DNA from: the human T2T-CHM13v2.0 reference genome, Homo sapiens | DNA length: 64,000 nucleotides | NCBI RefSeq assembly: GCF_009914755.1 | Contig: NC_060930.1 | Direction: 5' to 3' (one strand) | Shown: positions 40,801 to 62,960 of the stretch, in pieces | How the letters are laid out: each line of letters starts with the position of its first letter | Position numbering within the stretch: position 1 is the first letter of the stretch | Made by a program: the position numbers and the translations under genes | The notes under the pieces: model-generated | What the model was told of the DNA's origin: nothing | Database searches by the model: none | What the model saw: the letters and a program-made list of their open reading frames with translations, nothing else

Positions 40801-42107
40801 TGGTTGATATAAAGAAAGTAGAATGAGGGAAGAAATGGGCTTAATTCACTTTCAATGACAATGATTAGAATTTCATTTTCTACACTACAGACCCAATGGT
40901 AAAGGAGCAAAAGCTCCAGGGACTTTAAAAATATAATTAAAATAATATAAGCACAGAATCATGAACTTTCTGGCATGCCCATATTTGTCTGACTTATTTC
41001 CATACTGAGCACAATATCCACATCCAGCCTTCCCTCAGCTACTGCATACTATTATCTGTCTACTCGTAAATCCCTTCTTATTCTCTATCGTTTCTCACAC
41101 ATTCTCACTTTACTTGTTTTCCTTAAACATTAGCTTATTTCTTTTATTTTTGCCTTTGGGATCATTTGTTTAATAAACATCTTCTTTTCTAATGTTTATT
41201 AAAAATTCACCTGCCTTTTTTACCCACATTTTAAACTAATGTGTCTCCTCTTTTTCTTTGTCTTGATTGTTTTCTCTACACCTCATATTTCTCCTCTACT
41301 GCACCTGGGTCTCATTCAGGTAGAGTGAAGAAAGGCCCAACTGAAGACACTTTCCTGCCTTGCTTTGCAGATTTGGAGGAAAACAGAATGAATCCTACAC
41401 ATGTGTACAAACCCGCAAATGAGGGGAAAGCACAGGGAGCTTGTGTCAAATTCTCCAGCAAAGATGTGCACAGTTAGAATTGAAAAGCAACGGGATAAAC
41501 AAGGTAAGAGGCAGGGGAGACAGCACCAATCAGCATGAGAGCCACAGAAGCAAAATGGGAGCCAGGTAAGGAAGTAGCTAGAGGAGGTTTCTGGCCAACA
41601 TTCATTAATTACAATTCTGTCAAACAGCCTGTCATGTTTGGTTTACAATGAGTCTTCCAACCAAGCTCAGAAAGGCAATTTAAAAATGTATTTTTTAATT
41701 AGTATATAGATTAAGATATAAAAAATTTTTTCTTTATAATTTAAGGTTCTAAAATGTAAAACATGTCAAGACTGATCATTATTATTCATGTATTAGAGTA
41801 GGCTAAAATAGCAGATGCCTATAAAACTCCACATATGTTCTATAGAATAACAATTTAAAAGAATTCAAAAAAAGAGAGTGTGAGAAGGAAGAAAATAAGC
41901 CAGACTTAAAGACAAATATGGTTATTATGAATAAGCATTAGCTGGACTCTGAGCTTCCTAGTGGCTAAAAATAAAGAAAACCATGATGTGTAATAAATTT
42001 TTAGTATCTGCTGTGAGGAAGCAATTCAACTTTTCAAGAGAAATGAACCTTAAGCTTTTGCCCATACTAATCTCACAACACAGGTTCTTACATTTTTTTT
42101 AACATGA

Positions 42108-43408
<1,301 letters not shown>

Positions 43409-44877
43409 AGAAAATCAAAGAAATTTTATAGACATTTTCAAAGATTCATGAACTGTTTCAAGCCTATCCTTGGAACCTCTAGAAGTCCATGATCTACATA
43501 TTAAGGATTCTTGTCATTAGAATGCACATGGGGGAAGTCTTAAAAGTCATAGTGAATAATGACAGCAGAAACTGCAAAATCTGTTTTAATGTCTTTCTTA
43601 TTTAAGAGCATAATATTAAGGGATAATTTAGTGAAAATAATTGTGTAAAGAAGGGAAAGTCATATGTAAATGACTTTATGTAAAGAAGGTAAAACTACAT
43701 ATGTGTAATCACAATGTCTATATTTGACCTTATGGCCAGCATACTAGCTACCTTTATTTTTCATGGCATAAATAACTTCTAATAATTTCTTCTAATAATA
43801 TCCTATGGAAGTATAAAATCTATAATACTCAAATAAGTAAATCTAATAGCAATCCATTTATAATTCTCTTACTATATTTTATAGTTTACTAACATACATT
43901 TGCAAACAATATATTATTTGGTTTTCCTTATTTGTGGGCTTTATAAAAATAGAATTATGTTACATGTAGTCTCTTGAAACTTTTTTCACCCAATATTATG
44001 CTACCAAATTGCACCCGTTATTATACATCACTCAATTCATTATTTTAATCTTGCATATTTTATTCAATAAATAAGCCATAAATTATTCCTCACCCATTAA
44101 TAGATATTTGAATTGATTCCAGCATTTGCTATTAGAAATTTAGGTGGTATCAACATCTTCTGGGAAAAAAGATTTACTCTGACAATGGAAACGGGAAGAA
44201 TTCATAGGCTCATTACTAGTAATAGTCTAAGTCTTGGGCTAGCTGGTTATATGGATGTTCATTAATTATTATGCTTTAGAACCTACCTGAAAGTTACATA
44301 TATTATTTTGTATTTATAAAATATATTTTAAGATAAAATTGATAAACTAGAATATTTTATAATACTAAAAATTTTGGATAATGGAGATTCATGCTTTAAA
44401 AGATGGTAGAAATTTCCTTAAGCACCAAAATTTTCAAAAGTGAAAAATTATCTATTGGGATTCTTTGGTCTCCACTAATTACTATGTAATAATTTTGTTT
44501 TCTATCATTTTCCCGGGACCTACTAAATCAATAGCATGTCTTTCCATTTTCCTCAACTATCGCTTCCCTGAGTTAGACTTTGATAAAAGATAGCACAGAG
44601 TTCAAAGTGATTCATCATCAAAACCAGTACCTGTCTGTTTTGCTATAAACTATTGCATAACACAAATGCAAGGTATTGAGTTGCTTTTTTATTGTTTTTA
44701 TCTGAAATGTCACTGTATTCTCTGGATTATAACAGCCTAAGGCTAAACAGAGGAATACTCTATAACCACTGTATACCAGAAAAGAAAACCAGGGCTTCTT
44801 AATTCATTCCCTATCTGTCTTCTAGGAAAGTGCAAAGAGGATCATGTGTTGTTCTTGTGTATAAAAGATTCCTTGAA

Positions 44878-50237
<5,360 letters not shown>

Positions 50238-50839
50238 AAACATTCCTTGAATAGATAGATCTGAGTACATTCTTTTTCTTTTTTAAAATAGTACTACTAG
50301 TATACCAGAGGGAGGGAAAGGTATTAAAAATGTAGATTCAAGGTTTATAATTAAATATTCAAGTACCCCTGACTCAGCATTTCCAAGTTGTGGTCCTGAT
50401 GCCCCCATAATCTACTGCCTGTATCTGTATTGTGAAGTTTCCTTCACAAACTTCTTCATGAGTTACATATATATATGTATGTATATATATTTATATACAT
50501 ATATATATATTTGCTGCCTCTACTTTAAGACCTAGGACTGAACTCATTCTTCCCACAACATGACCTCAAAATGTGAGAGGTCACCCATGACAAAAACTGA
50601 TGAATTTTTCTAATAAATTTGGGAAGGCCAAATCCATGGAGCTAAAGATGAACCTTCAAACTAGCCTCACTCTACTCCAACCTCCAAATATCTAACCCAC
50701 CAGGGGATACTGAATACTTACCAAATCTGATGCCGTAGAAAGGGTCAAGCCTTTGATAAATCACAACCAGACATCTGTAGTTTTTTTAGGAAACTGCAGA
50801 CTCTACCCAGAGATGGAGGCAGCTGTGTTCCACTTCCTC

Positions 50840-51184
50840 TTTTTTTTTTTTTTAATTGAGATGGAGTCTTGCTCTGTTGCCCAGGCTGGAGTGCAGTGGC
50901 TCAATCTCCACCTTCCAGATTCAAGTGATTCTCCTGCCTCAGTCTCCCAAGTAGCTGGTATTACAACCATGTGCCACCATGCCTAGCTAATCCAGCTTCC
51001 GGATTCAAGTGATTCTTCTGCCTCAGTCTCCCAAGTAGCTGGGATTACAAGCATGTGACACCATGCCTGGCTAATTTTGTAGCTAATTTTTAGTAGAGAT
51101 GGGGTTTCACCATGTTGGCCAGGCTGGTCTCGAACTGCTGACCTCAAGTGATTCACCCACCTCAGCCTCCCAAAGTGCTGGGAT
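50840..51184 (-). mobile_element. Rearranged Alu (AluS): 5'-truncated, with 84-bp internal tandem duplication
   Basis: Right-arm segment repeated at 50907-50990 and 50991-51074; TSD TCCACT(T/G)CCTCTTTT (50829-50843 / 51184-51198). Confidence 0.9.
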
Positions 51185-51588
51185 CCACTGCCTCTTTTGC
51201 TTTTGTTTTCTCTCAGCTTTGATTATCAGGATGGACCTAAGTTCCACATGTGAAGCCCTCCCATACAATTCTTTTCCTATGGTTCAACCCAGCCTAAATG
51301 TGTCACTGAAGAGTTCCAGACAGAGCAGGCAGTTGCCCTTTATAATTCTCTTTTCTACAGGCTATCACCCATCATTACTTTATGAAACTGCTTTTAGTGT
51401 CACCAAATAATTATCCAGCAAACCTAATGGTCTTTCCCTCTTCCTCAGTACCTTGACCTTTCTTTAGCATTTAACTCAAAACCTCTTTATTTACATTCTA
51501 TCTCCTTGCTTTGAAAAAGATGCTTTGATTTGCTTCCACTTTGATGAATTTTTCATCATTGTTTTCTTCAGTGGCCCTTTTTCTTCCC

Positions 51589-51984
51589 TGTATTAGTTAG
51601 GCTTTGTTCCATCACAACTATTTAATTAGCTCATGAGTCTGAAGGTTACCACTTTGGGATAGTATCTGCTGATCTTAGCTGGGCTTGCTCAGTCAGCTGA
51701 TGAGTCAGCTGGGCCAGTAGGACATCTCTTCACATAGTCTCACTTCCTCCTGGAGGTTAGCTTAGGATTTTTATGGCAGTTGCAGGACTCCAAGAGAACT
51801 AAGAAAGAAAACTCCAATGTGCAAGTGCTTTTTAAGTCTCCACTTTTGTCACATTTGCAACTGTCCCATTGGCCAAAGCCCGTGATTTGGCAAAGCCAAG
51901 AATGAGTGTGGGAGGAGACTACCCCAAGAATGCAGATGCAAGGAAGCACAAAAAGATGGGACAGTTACTACAACTTACACACCA
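51589..51984 (-). mobile_element. Old MLT1 LTR
   Basis: TGTATTAGTTAGG start; GTCACATTTGC..TGTCCCATTGGCCAAAGC motif. Confidence 0.65.
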
Positions 51985-52380
51985 CTTATTCACCTAAACT
52001 ACAGCTATTTAAATCTAAAGACTTGATCTTTGCCTCATTGCTCCTGTTAGACTCTCATTGTTTGATTCTTAGAATCCTTGTGAAGTTTAAAATATTCTGC
52101 AGTTCTTATATTACTGTGACATCTATAATACCTTGGTGTGAATGCTTCAAAATCCATTTTTACAGAATAGAGTTGGCTCTTTGCCTTGACTTTTGTGTTT
52201 CTAAATTTCCTTTGGACATTTTCACTGAGATGTTCTACTGGGGCTTCAATTTCGACATGAACTAAAATTGAATGTATTATCTTCCTCTCTGTTTCAACCA
52301 TTCCTTCCTTGTCTGCTTCAATAAAAATTACCATATGACACATGTATTTATCTTAATGTTTCACCTGGTCCCAAGTTACA

Positions 52381-52782
<402 letters not shown>

Positions 52783-54078
52783 TAAATTTTACCATTAATT
52801 TCCTTACCCTAAAAATAGTGATAAGAAAATTTGCCTTGCAGAGCTATTAGAAGGATTAAATTAGTTTTGTATGCTTAGCGCATTGAATGTATTCAAAAAT
52901 GTTATTTTCCTTCCCCTTAAGTCTTCTTGATCCTTATTCTTGGGATTGTTCACATCCCTGCACTTCTTTTTTTTTTTTAACAGTACCACAAATTAAAATT
53001 AAGCCCTTATAACCTCAAGCCATGGACCTTTGAAATATAATTTCACTATACTTCTCTATAACTAGCTTATCTCTTCTCTAATCCATTCCTACCTCCTCGT
53101 AGTCTTTTCAAAGCCCTGCCTTCTATCTATTTCTATTTCCCATTAGATAAAACCCACTCTTTAAACTATCATACATGCTCTTTTCCAAAACTTGTTCCTG
53201 GCTATTTTTCCAGATTTGTTTCCCATTGCTCTTCTCCATGAATGCTTCAGCTAAACTCTACAACTTGCCATTCCCCGAATACACTTTTACTTTCCCTCCT
53301 GTATATTATTCAAGGAATTGTACTGAATTGTTCATCTCTCTAGGCTTTTAGAAATTCAGCTTGGTAAGCATTGAGTAAAACTAAATAAGACAGTCTTTCT
53401 GCTCCAGGAAATTTACAATCTCAGGAGAAAATAGATAGTCTCACTTTCTGAGATTATAAATTCTCTGGGGCACAAAGAGTCTTGCATAGTTTTCCAGGCA
53501 ATCAAAGACTTTACAGCCTCATAAGACAAAAGTTTTATAGCTAGCTGTTATATGATAAAAGTACAGGCTCTGAGAGCAAGCTGGAGGCAGATAAATCTCA
53601 CTTCCATCATTTACTAGTTGTGTGGACGTAAGCAGTTTACTTAAACTCTTTCAGCTTCAGTCTCCTCATCTGCAAATGGGGGTAATAAAAGCATCTGTCT
53701 CATAGGATAATAATATAAGACAATGCAAGTTAAGTTATTTGTATGGTAAGTGACATAATGGTATGCTCTCAGTAAATGTCAGTTATCCCTGACCATTGCT
53801 CTACTAACAATAAATACAAAATCATGGGAAAACAAAATAAATTAAGAATTCTTTCTATGAAGGTTAGAAAACTTTTAGGAAAAGGGTCATATGAGCTGAA
53901 CCCTGAAAGGAAGGTATGATTTCCCCCAAATCAGGACTGATCTCTTCTATCTCTGCACTCATTCTTCCAACTATTTGTGTCTTCATTCATGAGTTGAACA
54001 TTGTTTTTTACATGCACACTACATGGCAGACAGTTTTTGACACGCTTATGGCATTTATCAGCATCTGTCTATGCTAAC

Positions 54079-54633
54079 TGAGGAAATGAAAATTAACTCT
54101 TGATATCCTGGACCTGGACTGGCACTTAACGGCTAGACCTTGCTGTCTTCTGTTGAACATAAATAATCTCACAAAACATCAACTTCAGACGAGGCTACAC
54201 TGTGACTATGATGGATCAAGACAAAAACAAGATCAGATCATTCCATAATCAAGTCTCAACACCCACAAAAACATGGATATTGTCCATCCTAAAAAATGAC
54301 CAAACATCTACTTATCTTGGCTAACCTGAGTGACTGATGTTTCTTAACCAATTCTAGCTTTATTCCCAAACTAATCTTCCATCTTTCTCAATAAGATTTA
54401 TTAAATACCTAATTACACAGTTATTCCCATTTCTTAACAATATCCAAAACAGAGCAACGCCTGCTTCCTTAAAATCTCCCCAAAGTCACATCCCTAGATC
54501 TAATAGTGGGCCCTGTCTAACACCCTCTTACTGAAGCGCTCTACTCTTCACCATGTGTGTTCTCCTTCCCTGCAATGAATAATAAAACACTACAGATGTG
54601 TTCCTGATGTGCTTTTGACAAAGGGCATTGTCA
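54079..54633 (+). mobile_element. Solo ERV1 LTR (MER90-like)
   Basis: TG...CA termini, approximate 4-bp TSD (T/C)AAC, AATAAA near 54581; GGATCAAGACAAAAACAAGA motif recalled from MER90a. Confidence 0.6.
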
Positions 54634-57600
54634 CAACATTCTTGGTTTACTAATCTTACCTCCTGAAACTGTAAAATTCTCTGGAGAAGAGTATTGTCTT
54701 ATTAATTTTCATATCTCCCACTACACAAAAACAGTGTCTTTAATAGAGCAAATACATACAAAAAGTTTGTTGAATGGATAACTGAATCTCATAGAAACTA
54801 TTTTCTTCAATGACCAGAAATGGTGAAAAGACATTGGAGAAAGTGTCCTGAATCCTGCTTCTCAAAAGTGCAACTAGGAGTATCCAGAAATTATTCTCTA
54901 GCAGTGACTTTGCAGGCAGTACAATGCTGGAAGTTGCAGGGTGGTGTCTTCGTATGTCAGAATTAATTATTATTCAGAAATGGTAAAAAGATATATGTGA
55001 GATCAAAATAGCATTACAATTACCTTATAGCTATCAACAATACTGGCCTTTCAGAGGAACCTTAAAGTGGGATCTTCTGAATCTTCCAAATCATGCTGCC
55101 AATGTGGTATACAACATTTGTGTTAACAGGAATATTTACTAAGAAATAGTATTCTAAATGTCTTTCAAGTAAGATACCTAGTATAAAGTTCAAACGTTCC
55201 TATTAATTTACTGAATTGCATTTTTATTTTACCCATAAAAAGGCACGGAAATCATGAAAAAAGTATTTGATTGAGAATTTAGTCTGAATTTAAAGGCACT
55301 ATAAAATGCACCATCTGAATATTAAAAATACGTTAATAAAAACATTAAAGAATCTGACATTCAATCGACTCAATTGGTAAATAGAAAAATATTCAACTAA
55401 AAAACTTTGTAGAAAAAAATTGCATCATGACAGAAAGATATTACACAAGGGACAGTCTATGACAGTATCTGAATTTATCCAAATAAGCAATAAAGTAAGT
55501 GATCCAGAGTATATGATCTACATTTGCATCTATGCATTTTAGCAAATTTCTTCTGTTACATTAATCTTCAAGGGAACAGCCATATAAACTAATACTAAAG
55601 TTGCAGGCTTTAGGAAAATATCTGTAAGGAACCCTGCAATATCGTTAAAACTGCTATTAATCTATATAACTACCTTCCCTAGGGAAACTGGCTCAATCCT
55701 TTCAATGCTAAGAAGAGCTAAGAACCCATATTTAAAATGGGAGTCAGAGAATGCTGCAGAGAAATTAGTAGTTAATTAGTGAGAAAACTAGTAAAAAGAA
55801 GATAAAATTATTTTTTGGTAATGTTAGAATGTACAGTAAAAATCTATTAATATTCAGTGAAGAGTCAGACTTTCAGCTTATGTAAGCTGAAAAATATTTC
55901 ATACACATAATAATTAGAAATTATGTATATTGAGCATAAAAACTGAAATTACAAGTCTGGCCCCACAACATTAATTTTGTAAATTGGATCTAGATTTGCT
56001 CTCCATTTAAAAGCTCTGGCCAGTAAATCCTCTACTTTAAATATAACCATAGTATGGTTTAATATGTGTATATGTGATTTTTAGACGCCATTTCAATGAG
56101 ATTTACAGTCTGTTCCTGACTTGATATTCAGTCTACATTACAAAGAATATTTGAATTGGTCTACGACTCTTAAGTATTTTCTCCCCAGAGGTGGATTAGA
56201 GCAACTAATTTCTGAGAACCTGGGAATTATGCTTTTATGACTGTGAGTCTAACCAAATATTAAGGCATGAGCAATTTCATTGAGAAATGAATAAAAAATA
56301 GCTTATGCCTTTAATGTAGAATTTTCTGGTAGGTAAAAATGCAATTCAGAGAGGAACAATTAAAGAAGAGGTGTCTCTGTGGGCTGCTCTTTAAAAGACC
56401 TGAGATTTGTAGATAAGCAATCATTCATTTAGTTATTCATCTACCCAATCAGTGCTTATTATTCACAGGTATCATACTAAGCTCTGGGAGGAGCAATGGC
56501 TCACCTTTCCACTACCCACATCCATAGTTTACAGCACTGCAGAAAATAAATTAGCAGTAAAGACAAAGGGTGCTAACAACTCTAGGCAGGAACACCTCAT
56601 GTAGTCTAGTATGTCAGGAAAGGCTTGGGGAAGGAGGAACAAATAGGGTGAGACTTGAAGGATAAGTTAAGCTGGTCAGGAAAAAAAGAGGAAGGAGAGG
56701 GTTATAGGCAGAGAGAATAGCCCATCTGAAGACCAAGGCTGCAGGTGAGGGAGAGTGCAGACGGTCGAAGACTGAAAGACACTCAATGTCCAGGACACCT
56801 GTTACAGGGAAAGAATATTGTGAGCTCAGACTAGAGTGGGGGTGTAAAGTATGATCCATTTAGACAGAAGTAAAAGAGGAGCTGCCAACTAAATGAAACA
56901 TAATATTTATTAAACCTTACTATGTGTCAGGTTCTCTGCAGTGCACCCTTTCTGCACAGTCTCATTTATGTCACATAATGATCCTATAAGATAGGTGTCA
57001 CTGTGATTCCTATTTAACAGATGAGAAACTGAGGCAGAGGGGTCAAGTAATTTGCTCAGGCTCACACAGCTAAGACATTACAGAGTCAAATTCAAATCTA
57101 GATCATCTGAGCCTATATTTTATGTTCTTAGGCATACCATAGGCTAGGTCAAAAAGGGTAACCAGCATTATATTTCAGTAAAACTCCATACACTAATGTT
57201 TGGATCTAGTTGAAACATTCACCAGAAGAACCCAAAGGCTGCTCTTATTTATATTGCCCATATAGGTTCTCACTATTGTATTGGTAGTTAGAAAATCTGA
57301 AGGGAATTTTCTGAGCTGCAACAAGAATTAATTGAGGCAAAGTTTTGTTGGTTTTTCCTCTTTTGGTAACCTCAAGAACAATGAAAGTGCACAGCATATA
57401 GTAGCTGCTAAAAGAATTTAGTCCTGCTTTACTGTATAGAAGGTTGTGTCTACTTTGACAATCTCAGTTTGGTGAGATTCTTGACTTCTATTCATCAAAA
57501 AGCAACACTAGGATGTATCTGCAGAGACAAACCATGGAATTAAATTAATTCATTTGAACAAAAGTAAACCAATTTGAATCCAATAGAACATTTTCTTTTC

Positions 57601-58371
57601 AAAGAATAAATTTGATCAAGTTAAAATTTGGGTTCTAATCTTTAAGACTGGAGCTCAGTAGTTAATGATTTATTTCACTCACATAAGATTTTTCCCATTG
57701 TTAGTAATTTGTAGAAAACCTGAAAAGCAAAAATAATCAATACTTTTACTAAAGAGTGATTCTGAATGACATATTGCAATTGGAAATTTTAAAGTATTAT
57801 CAATGTTGCTACTTTTCCTAGAAAAGACTCCTAACTCATTTTAATGATGCCATACTATGTCACTTCACTGGTTCTCAAAGGTACTTTGAGATGCATGTAA
57901 TCAAGCTTTACTGCTATTAATTACTTGACACAGGTATTAATTAAACTTCAACTGGGATTTTAACATAGTTGAATTGGTTGCTCTTTTCTTCACATCTATG
58001 ATTTTGCTATTATTTTTATGAAATATATTCTAATTTAGTAGTTAATTATTTTTCTTAAAAATAGTGGCAATTTATGTAAAAATTTATTATATAACAAATT
58101 GAGTTAGTTATATTAACATAAACAGTACAATTATATTAACATGAAGTCAAATAATATTATACCTGAGATGAAATTTTTTGATAAATTATTTTAAAAACGT
58201 ATTTGTCATATTCTTATTTTACATCATCATAAATAACATATGGTGAAAAATAAAGGATGGGGACAGTAACGCTAATTAATCTCATGGCATTTAAATATGC
58301 TTTTGGTTGACTTAAATGATTTGTGCTAAAATTTTTATCTTGATTAATCCAAAACACTTGATAAACAACCA

Positions 58372-58582
58372 TATGTATATTTATAGTGTATTTTTTATAA
58401 ATATAGTATTATTTATATAGTATATTATATATTATTTATACTATATTATATATAATATAATATATATAATATATAATAGTATATTATACTATTATAATAT
58501 TATACTATATATTATATATTATATAGTATAATATAGTATAATACTATATTTTATAAATATAGTGTTATTTATATATATAAAT
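58372..58582. repeat. AT-rich (TA)n-like quasi-palindromic tract
   Basis: About 210 bp of nearly pure A/T with nested inverted arms. Confidence 0.9.
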
Positions 58583-60115
58583 ACCTTTTTATTTCATTTC
58601 TAAAATTATAGTAAGTATACTTTGTCTTAGAGGAGAGAACCCAGAAATGCCAGGCATTATTTTCAGGCATTTATTACTAGGTATTATTTTCATTTTGACA
58701 CATGGGCATTTAGTCTTCCCTGACAACTTACACAAAGGGAACAAAATAAATGATCTAGATAAAGAACAATTGTGGAACTGATCGCACACTGGTGACTTTT
58801 AATAATTCAAACTTCTCAAAGTAGATAACATCTATTATGTCAGAGTGGATTATGAATATTCTGATGACTTTTAAAATGTATTAAGGGTAATGTTAATTTT
58901 TAAACCACATTGTTTCTATACCTATAATTAAGATGCAAAAGCTGGTCTCATATCCCAGCTAAGAAAAAAATCTGCTGACATTTAAGTTGAAAATGATTAG
59001 GCACACTATGTACAATTTGTATTCAATAATTATTAAATTCCACAGCATTCAAATGACAAAATAGCAAAGCCTCACTCTATTTTAAAACGGTGATATAGGT
59101 GATATAAGAATCTTTCCAAGAATATACCACTTTGTTTCACCATGCTGCTTTCAAGCTCGACAATGGCAATCATCATAGGTTAGATAAAATCTTCAAAGAA
59201 CTCTAGTCTGACACACTAAAGAGCAGCACAAGCAGGAAAATATGGCCTAAATACATGGAGAAAAATCCCATTACTTTTATACTTCAGAACATTCTAACAT
59301 TTTTATACCATAATCATAAACTACCAACAAAACTACAAGTTACAAATATTTATTCTTGCTTTCTTTTTCAAGGAAGCCACTGAAATGATGAATAGATGAG
59401 GAATTGGAAATTATCTACCTTTCACAGTAATAAGAGGAGAAGAAAAACTTTCTACAAAATCCAGTACTTTGCTTCTTCCCCTGCTAAAGTGCTAACAAGA
59501 GATACAAAGACACCATCGTAGGTCAGTATGGGTGGCTCCTCTAGCCCTCCTACCCACAAAGGTATGCCATGCTCAAATTTAGGAGACAGAAATAAACTTT
59601 ATGGCCTTTATTGTTTCACACATAAGTGTGGAAATATTTCTTAACATAAAGCCAAATTATATATATATAACAAAGCAAATACTAATTCCTCTGCCTTTGC
59701 TGAGTCATTCACTTAGCACCATACCAGGCCTATAGAATGGACTTAAGACAAAATTACTGATTCACAAGTAAGAAGATACACAAGAATATGACCTAGAAAA
59801 ATGTGGAGCTTAATAAACAATAAACTTTAGAGATGATTGTAGTGATCTAATTTTCTTAATAGAATCTTCATTTATGTCTTTGAGAAGTGTATGGAGTCAG
59901 AAGTTCAGCAGCACATTTCATTGTTGTTATCATAACTTAAACTTAACATGCAAAGGGGAGTCAAATCAGCTATCTCAACTGCTGCCCTTGGCTTGCGTGG
60001 TCAAGTTGGCGAAGCAGAAATCATCAGTGGCTGGCTTATGTGATTATGTCCACCCCATTCCCCTCCTACCAATCCCCTTTCTGGGAGATTAAACTGATCT
60101 CATCTCTGACCCTAG

Positions 60116-60459
<344 letters not shown>

Positions 60460-62555
60460 TAAGCAAAAAAACTTTTTAAACTCTTTGCAGATAAATGATG
60501 CTACGTCTAATATTATTGCTGATCATATTGCTTTTTATCAATATTTTGCAATACTTGAATTTTTTACAATTAAAGCAATGAAATTTAAAGCCATTACTTT
60601 TGGTTCTAATATTTATATGTTATTTCCACATCATTATTTTTATGTGAACTTTATATCTTTAAAAACACCATAAATAAAATATTAAAGAAAGTTCTGATTA
60701 ATAAGACCCTAAGGGCAAGGTTTTCGAGGGATTTCACATTGAAGATGTTGAAGAAAAAGACTCATCTCTAAAATGAGCTAGGAATAAATTCAAGTCGAAG
60801 ATAAGATAAATCTAATGATTCTTCATAAAGACAAAATAAATCTTCAAGAATTGGTTTATTATATCACTTAGTGGAAGATATTCAGTAAAGGTGAAAAGCA
60901 TTTCTAAGTGGGATAAGAATTAGTAAATTGGGCTTTTTAAACAATAGTTTGTTTTTCAACATCTCTACTTCCAAGTATAAAAGAAAACAAACAAACTGCA
61001 AACTAAAGCCTTAAACTAATTTTCCCTGGCACCAATAACTCCAGAAGTATTTGCAGTTTCTTCTTACAGATGCACATCAAAAGTAAAGACATAAAAACAC
61101 AAATACTAACATACGTTGCATTAAACTGGTCTAATTAGGAATTAGATGACAGCTTTCATTGGTTTCCCATTGCCTACTCATCCCATACATGTGGATATAA
61201 ACAATAATCTTTCCTTAAGTCAACTTACTGAGCTCATGATTTTAAAAAATTACGTTAATTTTCACAGCATTCAGGAGAAAAAAATAGACTTTTGAAAAAA
61301 CTCACTGAAGAAAAAATATTAAAATAAGTTGTTTTTATATAATTCTTCAAGTGTTAAAGTACTGTGTGAGCCACTTGGACACACTCACGCAGAAGGCTGT
61401 TCAGTAAAAATCGCTTCTATTTGAGATGGAGGGGAATTCTAGAAGCTACAGCTACTTGCACTAAGAGTATTGAAGCAATTTTGCCTTACGGTGACAAGAA
61501 ACTTCAGAAGTAAGCCAGGTTCACAGGTGAAGACCATGGTGTGCACTTAAAAGAAAACAAGTAGCCTGTTCCAGCCAGGAGGCAGAGTGGCAGCATTTTC
61601 TGGGCATCATGGTTTTTATTCCAGTGGATGTGAAGATCCCAAGGAAAGCTAACTACAGAGATCTAGAATGGTACTGACAGGTAGGAATGCTGCTGAGAAC
61701 CAATTCCAAGAAGAAAGGTCAAGGTAATGTGCAGAGGGAAAAAATATTATTGGCTACAAATGACTCTGAGAATCAAAAATAGCCATAATAATTTAGTTGC
61801 CTTATTTTGTGTTTGTAGGCAAAGAAAATCTAAATTAATAAGAACACTGCTCTCAAGCCTTTTACCCAGAATATGATACCTTCGGATTGCTTGACTTGTT
61901 TCAGTTAATTTGCTTTCTTCAGCATTTCTAATACAGTCAAGCATGAATGTAACTGAACCACTACATACGAACATAAGAGCTCCTGTTCCCAGATAGTCAG
62001 GAAATCCATTGGTCATGGCAACCCCAGAGAGTTGCAGATGAGGAAATTGAGGTCCTAAGTAGTTATATGAGTTGAATATATTTAAAACTAACAGATTATG
62101 AATTCAAGGCATGAAACATTAATATATTATTATTATAATATACATGTTATGCCAAATATAAAATATGCATAATGCCATACAGGACATAGAAATCATAAAG
62201 TAGTGAAAACAGATAAATGCACATAAGTGTATCCAATATATAAAGATATTTCCTGTAGATTATCACAGAAAGCAAATGTTCACACAGGTGATTTTCCCAC
62301 TTGATAACTGATCAATTCCATTCATTAAAAGTATATTTCAATTCATTTCTATTTAAGCATAAATTAAGACCCTTCTAAACATTTATAGGTTCTTGGTGTT
62401 GAAAAGAATCTCAAAACTCAAAACTCGTCAAACCTCCCTTCATATGTGATGTATGAGTTTGGAAAGCAGAAACAATGCTCTATGGCTATTTATTATTATC
62501 TTATTCCCTGGACCAGTAAGGGACGCTCACATAAAAATAAGAAACACTTACATGA

Positions 62556-62960
<405 letters not shown>

